From positions 8,907 through 72,906 of the forward strand of contig JAJYET010000004.1 of NCBI GenBank assembly GCA_021785655.1: 64,000 nucleotides of DNA. The letters run 5' to 3'. Position 1 is the first letter of the stretch; every line of letters starts with the position of its first letter. Positions 55,988 to 64,000 of this stretch are shown one piece after another. The stretch is from a bacterium (lineage in GTDB: Bacteria > Chloroflexota > Dormibacteria > Aeolococcales > Bog-877). The notes under the pieces were generated by a model. The model was not told where the DNA came from and made no database searches. It was given only the letters and a program-made list of their open reading frames with translations. Made by a program: the position numbers and the translations under genes.

Positions 55988-57316
55988 CTACCGGGCTGTA
56001 ACCGGGCCCTGCCCCCAGGAACGACCCAGGGCCAGGCCCCCGGCGGCCACCAGGCAGACCCCCAGGAAGGCGATGACGTCGCTGGCCCCCACCACGTCCG
56101 CCACCGCCCCCGCCACCAGCAGCGGCAGGGCGATCGCCAGGTTGATGAGCAGGAAGGCGCCTCCGAAGATCCTGCCCCGGGTCGCCTCCTCGGTGCCCTC
56201 TTGGATCAGCACCAGGCAGGGGATCAACACGGCGCCCAGGCCGGCTCCGAAGATGACCGCCAGCCCGATGGCCAGGGGGACCAGCGCCCCGTCCACCCCC
56301 AACTGCCGGAGGACGGGAGGCAGAACTCCCAGGACCAGCATCGCGGCCCCAGCCAGGGTCAGCCCAAGCGACGCCCTCCTCGCCCCTCCGGCGATCCCGG
56401 GGCGCCGGCTGATGAGAGTCCCGGCCAGCACCATGCCGAAGGTGGCGGGGACCAGGAGGATGTAGCTGTCCTGGGGTCGGCGAAGCAGCACATGCTGCAT
56501 GTAGCCGGCGGAGAGAGCGAAGATCGTGAACACGATCACCAGGGCCAGGGTCAACATCCCGAAGGCGAACGGCAGGATGGGACTCTCCCGAATCACCACC
56601 AGCACCTCGCGCACCTCGACCACGGTCCGGCCGATCCCGCGAGAGACCGGCGAGGACTCCGTGTGGGTGGCCGCCAGCCGGGCGCGGATCAGCCAGATGG
56701 CACCCGAGGCGAGGGCGAAGAGGCTGGCGCCGAAGTAGTAGGGGCCCTCCTGCCCGAGCACCCGCTGGGCCAGGGACGCCAGGGGGACCGAGACGACGAT
56801 GGTCATGACGATGGTCACGGTGAACAGCGAGGTGGCCGCCGGCACGTCCTCGCGCCGGACCAGGCTGGGGATGCTGGCCGCTTCGGCGGGAGCGAACAGC
56901 TGCCCCACCCCCGCGAACACCAGGGTGATGGCATAGAGCGGGGCCGCCTGGTGCTGCGCCACTCCCGTCAACTCCAGCAGCGGCACGCCCAGGACCATGA
57001 TCCCCCGGCTGAGGTTGGTCCACATCATGAGGACCTTCTTGTCGTACCGGTCGGCGAAGATGCCGGCCGGTACCGAGAGGAACACGGCGGGGATGGTGTA
57101 GGCCAGGAGGAGGGCGGCGTCGCTGAGGTACAGGTGGGTGAGGGAGTAGATGGACAGCAAGAGGGAGAAGGCGAAGAACTTGTCCCCCAACTGAGCCGCC
57201 ACCTGAGCGCCCCAGAGGAGCCGGAAATCCCGGCTGGCCAAAGCCTGGCGGAAGCCGGCGGGGCCAGGGGAGGGGGGCCCCTGGGTCCCAGGGACCCTCT
57301 GGCCCACAGCCGTCAT
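55988..57316 (-). CDS. MFS transporter (DHA3/MFS_3-like)
   Basis: FRLLWGAQ, AGIFADRYDKK, FAPAEAASIP, RGRIFG; ~12 TMs. Confidence 0.93.
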   Translation of the reverse strand: MTAVGQRVPGTQGPPSPGPAGFRQALASRDFRLLWGAQVAAQLGDKFFAFSLLLSIYSLTHLYLSDAALLLAYTIPAVFLSVPAGIFADRYDKKVLMMWTNLSRGIMVLGVPLLELTGVAQHQAAPLYAITLVFAGVGQLFAPAEAASIPSLVRREDVPAATSLFTVTIVMTIVVSVPLASLAQRVLGQEGPYYFGASLFALASGAIWLIRARLAATHTESSPVSRGIGRTVVEVREVLVVIRESPILPFAFGMLTLALVIVFTIFALSAGYMQHVLLRRPQDSYILLVPATFGMVLAGTLISRRPGIAGGARRASLGLTLAGAAMLVLGVLPPVLRQLGVDGALVPLAIGLAVIFGAGLGAVLIPCLVLIQEGTEEATRGRIFGGAFLLINLAIALPLLVAGAVADVVGASDVIAFLGVCLVAAGGLALGRSWGQGPVTAR

Positions 57317-57329
57317 GGGGCGGAATATA

Positions 57330-58181
57330 TCACCGCCACTCCCCTGCTCCACCCGTCAACACCGCTCCCAGCCGGACCCACTCACCAAGGTCGATCGCCC
57401 CCGGACGCTGGGCGGGGTCGATCTGCGCCAGCTCCAGCAGCTGCCCCGCCCTCAGGGGGCTCACCCCCATGGCCACGGCTACCCCGTGCCGCAGCTGCTT
57501 GCGCCGCTGCTGGAAGATGGGGCGCGCCAGCTGCAGGAGCGCTTCCCGCGCCGAGCGTTGGAGCGCCCTCCGGGGCACCAGCTCGACCAGGGCGCTACTC
57601 ACTTTGGGGCGCGGCCAGAAGCTCTCCGGGCCCATCTTGAGCCGCACCTCACAGGTGGCCGCGAGCTGGACCGCCAGGGTGGCCAGGGACCAGCGTCCCA
57701 CCGGGGCCGCCAGACGCAGCGCCACCTCGTGCTGGAGCAGGACGTGGCAGCTAAGTGGGGCCGGCTCCATGTCCAGCAGGTGGCTCAGGAGGGCACCGGT
57801 GATGCTGTAAGGCAGGTTCCCCACCACGATGTAGGGCGGGCTCAGCCCCAGCTCCGAGGGGCCGACGCGGAGGGCGCTCTCCTCCACCACCCGAAGCTCG
57901 GAATGGCGGACTCGGAGCAGCCCCAGCGCCGCCACCGCGCGGTGGTCGACCTCAACCCCGACGACCGTCCGGCCCGCCTCCAGCAGCCCCTGGGTCAGGG
58001 CGCCGAGACCGGGCCCGACCTCCAGGACCAGCCGGGGACTCTCGGGCAGTGAGGCCACGATGGCATCCCGCACCTCGCGGTCGACCAAGAAGCTCTGGCC
58101 CCGACCCCGCTCGGGGGAGAGGCCGAAGCGCCGGGCCACCGCCCGGGTGGTCGACTCCCGGCAGAGGTCCAGCCCCTTCAC
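57330..58181 (-). CDS. rsmA: 16S rRNA dimethyltransferase RsmA/KsgA
   Basis: GQSFL, EVGPGLGALT, GNLPYSI, FWPRPKVSS, FQQRRKQL. Confidence 0.96.
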   Translation of the reverse strand: MKGLDLCRESTTRAVARRFGLSPERGRGQSFLVDREVRDAIVASLPESPRLVLEVGPGLGALTQGLLEAGRTVVGVEVDHRAVAALGLLRVRHSELRVVEESALRVGPSELGLSPPYIVVGNLPYSITGALLSHLLDMEPAPLSCHVLLQHEVALRLAAPVGRWSLATLAVQLAATCEVRLKMGPESFWPRPKVSSALVELVPRRALQRSAREALLQLARPIFQQRRKQLRHGVAVAMGVSPLRAGQLLELAQIDPAQRPGAIDLGEWVRLGAVLTGGAGEWR

Positions 58182-58972
58182 GGCAATGGAAGCCGGAAGA
58201 ACGCCCGGGTGGTGGAGGTGCTCCACTCCGCCACCACCTCCAGCCCGACCCCGAGATTGGTGGCCAGCCACGACGCCGTCAGCCTCACCAGGGCCGGGTG
58301 GCAGAGGCGGCCCCGGAGGGGATGCGGTGCCAGGAACGGGGAGTCCGTCTCCAGGAGGAGCAGCCCGGGCGGCACCACCGCAACCGCCTCCCGGAGCTGG
58401 GCGGCGGACCTGAAGGTGAGGTTGCCGGCGAAGGAGCAGTAGAGCTTCCGGGAGACGGCGGCCCGGGCGAACTCCGCCCCGCCGCTGAAGCAGTGCAGCA
58501 TGGTGGGCACCCTGGGGGAGGCGTCCAGCACCTCCAGCAGGTCCCGGCCGGCGTCCCGCTGGTGGATGACCACCGGCTTGGCGGCCTCCGCGGCCAGCTC
58601 CAGCATCGACCGCAGGAGGTGGCGCTGCTCCCCCGGATCCCAGATAGAGCCACCATCCCGCCGGTGGTAGTCCAGCCCCACCTCCCCCAGGGCCACGGCC
58701 CGCGGGTGGTCGAGCAGTTCCCGAAGTTCCCTCCTCTCCGCGCTTGACGGTGGACGTCCGTTGCCGGGATGCCAGCCGGGGGTGAAGAACACCCCCTCGT
58801 TCCCCTCGGCCAGCTCTCGCGCCCGGCGGTTCTCGGCCGGGGAGTCTCCACTGGTGACCATCTGCACCACCCCGGAGGCCGCGGCCGCGGAGATGGCCTC
58901 CTCCGCCGGCATCCCCCGCCGCTCCAGCTCGTCCAGATGGCAGTGGGCGTCCACCAGCTGGACCTCACCCAC
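58178..58972 (-). CDS. tatD: TatD family hydrolase
   Basis: DAHCHL, GEVGLDY, IHQRDA, HCFSG, ETDSPFL. Confidence 0.96.
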   Translation of the reverse strand: MGEVQLVDAHCHLDELERRGMPAEEAISAAAASGVVQMVTSGDSPAENRRARELAEGNEGVFFTPGWHPGNGRPPSSAERRELRELLDHPRAVALGEVGLDYHRRDGGSIWDPGEQRHLLRSMLELAAEAAKPVVIHQRDAGRDLLEVLDASPRVPTMLHCFSGGAEFARAAVSRKLYCSFAGNLTFRSAAQLREAVAVVPPGLLLLETDSPFLAPHPLRGRLCHPALVRLTASWLATNLGVGLEVVAEWSTSTTRAFFRLPLP

Positions 58973-59645
58973 GCCGCACGTCCCGGGCCGGGGCCTCCAC
59001 CACCACCGTGCACTCCCCGCGCGCCGGCGCCGAGCGGAATTGCGCCGCCAGCTCGGCGGCGGTGCCGAGGTGCCAGCTCTCATGCAGCTTGGAGATCTCG
59101 CGGGCCACCGCCAGCTGCCGATCTGGGAGTAGCTCGGCGCACAGGGCGAGGGTCGCGGGCAACCGCTGCGGGGCCTCGAAGAAGACCAGGGCGAGTTCGG
59201 GAGCCGAGCCGAGGACCCGGGCCATCCGCCCGCGCGTTCGCGGCAGGAAGCCGAGGAAGGCGAAGCGGTCTGCGCGCAGCCCACTGGCAGCCACCGCGGC
59301 CACGACCGCCGACGGGCCGGGGATCGCCAGCACCTGGTGGCCCGCGGCCCGCGCCGCGGCGACCAGCCTCCTGCCGGGGTCGCTGATCCCCGGGGTGCCG
59401 GCGTCCGAGATCAGGGCGACGTCAACACCCTCCAGGGCCGCGAGAACTGTCCCGATGCGCTCCGCCTCCCGGGGGGCGGGCAGGGAGATCAGCTGTGGCC
59501 TGACCCCCAGATGGTCGAGCAGCCGGCGGCTGTGCCGCGGGTCCTCCGCGACCACCACCTGGGCCGAGCGCAGAACCTGCGCGGCGCGGTCGGAGATGTC
59601 GCCAAGGTTGCCAATCGGGGTGGCGACCACGTGGAGGGTTCCCAT
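58965..59645 (-). CDS. rsmI: 16S rRNA C1402 2'-O-methyltransferase
   Basis: VATPIGNLGD, SDAGTPGISDPG, REISKLHE, RGE. Confidence 0.96.
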   Translation of the reverse strand: MGTLHVVATPIGNLGDISDRAAQVLRSAQVVVAEDPRHSRRLLDHLGVRPQLISLPAPREAERIGTVLAALEGVDVALISDAGTPGISDPGRRLVAAARAAGHQVLAIPGPSAVVAAVAASGLRADRFAFLGFLPRTRGRMARVLGSAPELALVFFEAPQRLPATLALCAELLPDRQLAVAREISKLHESWHLGTAAELAAQFRSAPARGECTVVVEAPARDVRRG

Positions 59646-59656
59646 TTGGCGGCGCC

Positions 59657-62449
59657 TCAGGGGGAAGGCCGCGGTCCCCGCCGCGCCCGTACGAACTCCC
59701 CCACCAGGGCGGCGACGGCCTCCACCGGCTGGTCGGAGACAGTTGCCCGGGGCAGTGCCTCGACGAAGCTCTGCCCGTAGCGGCGCTGGTGGATCCGGGG
59801 GTCACAGATCACCACGGCGCCCCTGTCCTCGCGACCGCGCACCAGCCGGCCGAACCCCTGTTTGAGACGTAACACGGCCTCCGGGAGGGAGAGCTGGGTG
59901 AAGGAGTCGGGACGGCCCCGGGCCCGGGCCTGGAAGATCGGGTCCGAGGGCACCGGGAAGGGCAGCTTGTCGATGACGACACACTGGAGCAGGTCGCCAG
60001 GCAGATCTATCCCCTCCCAGAAGCTGCTGGTGCCCATGAGCACGGTGCGCGGGTGGTCGCGGAAGCCACGCAGGAGCTGGTTCCGGGTGCCGTCGAGGCC
60101 CTGGGCCAAAAGGGCGATCCCGCGGGCCTGGAGCCGCGGGCGCAGGCGGGAGGCCACCTCCCGTAGTGCGGCGTAGCCGGTGAAGAGGACCAGGGTGCGG
60201 CCGCCCAGTCCGGTGGCCACCTCGTCGACCAGCCGGGCCACCACCTCGGCATGCCGCGGATCGTCGTGGGGTGGGATCCCCCGCGGGATGCAGAGGAGAG
60301 CCTGGCTCAGAAAGTCGAACGGGGATGCCAGCACCAGCTCCTCCCCACCGTCGAAGCCCAGGCGCTCCCGCACGTATCGGAACGACCCGGCCACCGCCAG
60401 GGTGGCCGAGGTTAGCACCACGGTGTCCATCCGCGAGAAGAGCTGCTCGGCGAGCGTGGCACCGACCTCGTAAGGGGCGGACCGCAGCACCGCGCGCCCC
60501 CTCGCCTCCAGCTCGGCCCAGACTACCCGCTGCCTTACCGCCGGCTCCCCGGCCACCGCGGCGAGGGCGAATGCCAGGAAGTCGGCGCAGCTCTGGAGCG
60601 CCTCGGCCGCCAGCAGGCACTCCCGAGCGGCATTGTCCGGTTGGGGCCAGAGCATCTCCTGCAAGGGAGCGGCCACTGCCGCCTGCCGAAGCCCCACCGC
60701 AGCTCGCTGAGCGGCCGACTGGGCCCGGCTCAGCGAGCGGGCGCATCGGGCCCAGGCTGGATCCCCGGCCAGCCGCGGGTCCAGAACCAGGGCCCCTCGC
60801 TCACCTTCCACGGCGCGCTGCTCCAGCAGCTGGCGTAGCTCCGCGAAGGCGTTCTGGGCCCCTTCGCGGGCCGAGCGCAGCCAAGCTGACAGAGGCGCCT
60901 CGCCGAACCGCGGCAGCCGGTCGACCACGGCCGACACTCGACCCGGGCCCAGGCGGCCCGACTGGGCCTGGGTGGCTGCCTCTTCGAGGTGGTGGGCCTC
61001 GTCCACCACAAGCCGCCGGGACTCCGGGAGGATCGACCCCCCGCTGTCAGCGTCCGCCAGGAGCAGGGCGTGGTTGACGATGACCAGGTCCGCCTCGCGA
61101 GCCTCCGACCGGGCCCGGACCATGAAGCAACGCCGGTCCCGCCAGTTGTGGCAGGCCGGGCCCAGGCAGTCGTCCACGGTCGAACCCACCTGCTCCCACA
61201 GCTCGGGGTCGCGGCCCGCCAGCCGCAGCTCCCCCCGGTCGCCGGTGTCGGTCTGCTCCGCCCAGACCACCAGGCGCAGCTGGAAGCGCAGCTCGTCGAG
61301 GTCCCGGCGCCGGCCCCCGGAGGGAGCGGAGCGGAGCCATCGCTCCAGCCGCCTCAGGCTTAGGTAGTTGCCCCGGCCCTTGAGCACCACGGCGTTCACC
61401 GGCAGGGGGCGCGCCGCCTCCAGGGCGGGCAGGTCCTTCCCCACCAGCTGCTCCTGAAGGGTGATGGTGTGGGTGGATATGAGGACGCGCTCGCCCGTCC
61501 GGCCGGCCCACTCGCGCGCCGGGTGGAGGTAGGCGAGCGACTTACCCACCCCGGTCCCCGCCTCCACCAGGAGCCGCTTCTCCCGGTTGAAGGCCTGGGT
61601 CACCGCCACCGCCATCTGTTGCTGCTCCTCGCGAAGCTCGAAGGTGGGATCGGCCGCCGCCAGCACCCCTCCCTCAGCAAAGTCCGCAGCCACCTGGGCC
61701 GGGTCTAGGCGACCACCGGGGTGGGCGGCCGCCAGGGGGAGCGGGGCCGGCGGCCGGACCGCGAGCCGGTCCTGGACGCCGGGGGCGACGGGCTGGACCT
61801 GGCTGGCGATGAACTCGCCCGAAGCCCAGCCACTCCCGGCGGACATCGCCGCCAGCCGGGCTCTCAGGCCGGGGGCCAGCTGGCGCATCTCGTCCACCAG
61901 CCGCCAGAGGAGCAGCCTTGTGGTGTCCGCGTCGGACAGCGCACGGTGGGGACGATCGTGGACCAGGCCCAGGGCTCGACCGAGCTGCTCCAGGCTGTGG
62001 CTGGGTGCCCGCGGCAAGATGATCCGCGCCAGCTCCGAGGTGTCCACCGCCGGGCGCTGGGCGAATTCGGACGGCAGGACGGCCGAGCAGAAGGCGAGGT
62101 CGAAGGACACCCCGTGGCCGACCAGGACCGCGCCCTTGGCGAAGTCCGCCAGCTGGGCCACCACCTCGGCGGGGCTCGGCTGGCCAGCAAGGTCGTGATC
62201 GGAGAGCCCGCAGAGGCGCTGGATGGCGAGGGGCAAGGGGAGGCCCGGGTCCGCCAGGGAGGTGAGCTGGGCCAAGGGACCCTCTTCCGTGAACCGGACG
62301 GCGCCCACCTCGATGATCCGGTCAGACCGGGGGGAGAGCCCGGTCGTCTCCAGATCGAAGGCCACATACTCAGTTCCGGGGCCGCACTCCAGCGGTGGGG
62401 CTCCCACGTCAGCTGCGCTGGTGGGTCGTGGGTTGAGCCCCAAGCTCAT
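59657..62449 (-). CDS. dinG: 3'-5' exonuclease-DinG helicase fusion
   Basis: DLETTG, HRALSDA, EAGTGVGKS, DEAH, SATL, FWEGID, QGFGRLVR. Confidence 0.95.
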   Translation of the reverse strand: MSLGLNPRPTSAADVGAPPLECGPGTEYVAFDLETTGLSPRSDRIIEVGAVRFTEEGPLAQLTSLADPGLPLPLAIQRLCGLSDHDLAGQPSPAEVVAQLADFAKGAVLVGHGVSFDLAFCSAVLPSEFAQRPAVDTSELARIILPRAPSHSLEQLGRALGLVHDRPHRALSDADTTRLLLWRLVDEMRQLAPGLRARLAAMSAGSGWASGEFIASQVQPVAPGVQDRLAVRPPAPLPLAAAHPGGRLDPAQVAADFAEGGVLAAADPTFELREEQQQMAVAVTQAFNREKRLLVEAGTGVGKSLAYLHPAREWAGRTGERVLISTHTITLQEQLVGKDLPALEAARPLPVNAVVLKGRGNYLSLRRLERWLRSAPSGGRRRDLDELRFQLRLVVWAEQTDTGDRGELRLAGRDPELWEQVGSTVDDCLGPACHNWRDRRCFMVRARSEAREADLVIVNHALLLADADSGGSILPESRRLVVDEAHHLEEAATQAQSGRLGPGRVSAVVDRLPRFGEAPLSAWLRSAREGAQNAFAELRQLLEQRAVEGERGALVLDPRLAGDPAWARCARSLSRAQSAAQRAAVGLRQAAVAAPLQEMLWPQPDNAARECLLAAEALQSCADFLAFALAAVAGEPAVRQRVVWAELEARGRAVLRSAPYEVGATLAEQLFSRMDTVVLTSATLAVAGSFRYVRERLGFDGGEELVLASPFDFLSQALLCIPRGIPPHDDPRHAEVVARLVDEVATGLGGRTLVLFTGYAALREVASRLRPRLQARGIALLAQGLDGTRNQLLRGFRDHPRTVLMGTSSFWEGIDLPGDLLQCVVIDKLPFPVPSDPIFQARARGRPDSFTQLSLPEAVLRLKQGFGRLVRGREDRGAVVICDPRIHQRRYGQSFVEALPRATVSDQPVEAVAALVGEFVRARRGPRPSP

Positions 62450-63110
62450 AGCAGCGGCTGAGGATCCGGCGGGCCACCTCCTCGGCGTCGATCGGCGCCG
62501 TGTCAATCACCATCGCACCATCAGGGATGGCGAGCGGCGCGGCCTCGCGGGTGCTGTCCCTGTGATCCCGCTCGGCCAGGTCCTCGCGCACCGCGACCTC
62601 CGCGCTGGCGAGGCCCAGCCGCTCCAGCTCAGAGCGGCGGCGCTCCATCCTGACCTCGAAGGGGGCGTCCAGGTACACCTTCACCTCCGCGCTGGGGAAC
62701 ACCGTCGAACCGGCGTCCCGGCCCACCGCCACCACGCCTTCGCTCCCCAGCTTGCGCTGCAGCGGAAGGAGGGCGGCACGGACCGCCGGCTCGGCGGCGA
62801 CCCTCGCCAGAAGGACCGCGTTTCCAGGCGCCCACAGTTCGGCACCCAGGTCGCGCTCACCTATGCGCGCCCGCCACGCCCCCTCTGGAGCTGTGGGGTC
62901 GAGGTTGATCGCGAGCCCGAGGCCGTGGACCAGCTCCGCGGCCCCCTCGGGCCCGACCGAGCGCTCGGCCGCCACCAGCGCCACGGCCCGGTACAGAAGC
63001 CCCGTGTCGAGGAACGGAAGCTGCAGTTCGCGAGCTACCCTCCGCCCCACGGTGGATTTGCCCACTCCCGCAGGCCCGTCGATGGTCACGGAGATGGGCA
63101 TGGCTGTCAC
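62409..63110 (-). CDS. cmk: Cytidylate kinase
   Basis: IDGPAGVGKST, LDTGLLYR, GRDAG, RDHRD. Confidence 0.96.
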   Translation of the reverse strand: MTAMPISVTIDGPAGVGKSTVGRRVARELQLPFLDTGLLYRAVALVAAERSVGPEGAAELVHGLGLAINLDPTAPEGAWRARIGERDLGAELWAPGNAVLLARVAAEPAVRAALLPLQRKLGSEGVVAVGRDAGSTVFPSAEVKVYLDAPFEVRMERRRSELERLGLASAEVAVREDLAERDHRDSTREAAPLAIPDGAMVIDTAPIDAEEVARRILSRCYELGAQPTTHQRS

Positions 63111-63826
63111 CCGAGGCCGGCCTGAAGGCGGAGCCGGGCCACCTCTGACCGGCTCAGCTCCCTCACCGCGCCCGCGGGGAGGGTGCCGAGGCGGATCCCG
63201 GCGAACTCCACCCTCTCCAGGTCGAGGACGGTGGCACCCACCTGGTCCAGCATGCGCCGCAGCTCCCGGTTGCGCCCCTCCCGCAGGGTGACGTAAAGGA
63301 CTTCGCCTCCGGCCTCGGGCCGGACCGCCGTGGGGTGGGTCGGGCCGTCCACCAGCACAGGGCCATCTCGCAGCTCCTGCAGCTGGCGGCGCGAGATCGG
63401 CTGGCCCAGGCGCACCCGGTAGGTCTTGGATGCGCCGTACCGGGGATGGGTCAGCCGCTGGGAGAGCTCGCCGTCGTCGGTGAGGAAGAGAAGCCCCCGC
63501 GAGTCCCGGTCCAAACGCCCCACTGGGAAGAGGCCAGCCCCGTCTGGGACCAGGTCGAGGACGGTCGGGCGGCCCTGCGGGTCCCGTACCGTGGATACCA
63601 CCCCGACGGGCTTGTGGAGAGCCAGGTACCTCCGGGGACGCCTCTCGGCTTCGACTCGCCGGCCGTCGACCTCGATCAGGTCCCGGTCCGGGTCTACGAG
63701 CTGGCCGCTGGCAGGCGCCGGGGCCTGGTTGACCCGCACCCGGCCCTGGCGCAGGAGGTCATCGGCGCCCCTCCGGGAGGCGATCCCCTGGCGGGCCAGC
63801 CACCGCCCCAGCCGCTCAGCCGGCAT
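63107..63826 (-). CDS. rluB: rRNA pseudouridine synthase (RluB-like)
   Basis: S4 domain, HKPVG, VGRLD, EGRNRELRRM. Confidence 0.93.
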   Translation of the reverse strand: MPAERLGRWLARQGIASRRGADDLLRQGRVRVNQAPAPASGQLVDPDRDLIEVDGRRVEAERRPRRYLALHKPVGVVSTVRDPQGRPTVLDLVPDGAGLFPVGRLDRDSRGLLFLTDDGELSQRLTHPRYGASKTYRVRLGQPISRRQLQELRDGPVLVDGPTHPTAVRPEAGGEVLYVTLREGRNRELRRMLDQVGATVLDLERVEFAGIRLGTLPAGAVRELSRSEVARLRLQAGLG

Positions 63827-64000
63827 CTGACCTCTCCACCACCCGGAGCAGCCACTCATTGCCTCCAGCAGGCTCCAGCGGGGGAAGCTCGTCGATGGAT
63901 GAGAGCCCCACGACCTGCAGGAACCTCAGGGTGGTGGCGAAGAGGCGCGGGCGCCCCGGCCCCTCGCCCCTCCCCACCTCGGTGATGAGGTCGTGGGCCT
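63816..64000 (-). CDS. scpB: SMC-Scp complex subunit ScpB, C-terminal part
   Basis: LITEVGRGEGPGRPRLFATTLRFLQVVGLSSIDELPPL. Confidence 0.9.
   Translation of the reverse strand, partial: AHDLITEVGRGEGPGRPRLFATTLRFLQVVGLSSIDELPPLEPAGGNEWLLRVVERSDAG

Overview
High-GC bacterial chromosome segment. The gene content looks Terrabacterial, possibly Dormibacterota/Chloroflexota-like; this is an inference. Core blocks, mostly on the minus strand: ribF-truB-nrnA-rbfA-infB-ylxR-nusA-rimP-secDF, ruvBAC-yebC-tyrS, mpg-pheTS-rplT-rpmI-infC-thrS and MFS-rsmA-tatD-rsmI-dinG-cmk-rluB-scpB, plus a Psp envelope-stress cluster and three tRNAs. There are two tRNA-anchored accessory regions. The first is a decayed island at tRNA-Thr (1-3200) with vapBC and a truncated integrase. 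The second is a ~19.5 kb element in tRNA-Val(GAC), bounded by a 54-bp att duplication. It has an AICE-like backbone (tyrosine integrase, XRE, Rep, FtsK, SSB, GntR with paired palindromic operators) that is partly decayed. It carries an intact Hen1-Pnkp RNA repair pair, two IS630s, an XRE plus two paralogous Cys-domain membrane proteins, and a passenger-carrying IS1595. Other points of note: a standalone structured transcript with its own promoter and terminator (about 23119-23356), probable non-AUG starts for both infC (ATA) and infB (ATC), and a Cys-rich SecDF. All family assignments come from motif recognition by eye; no searches were run.
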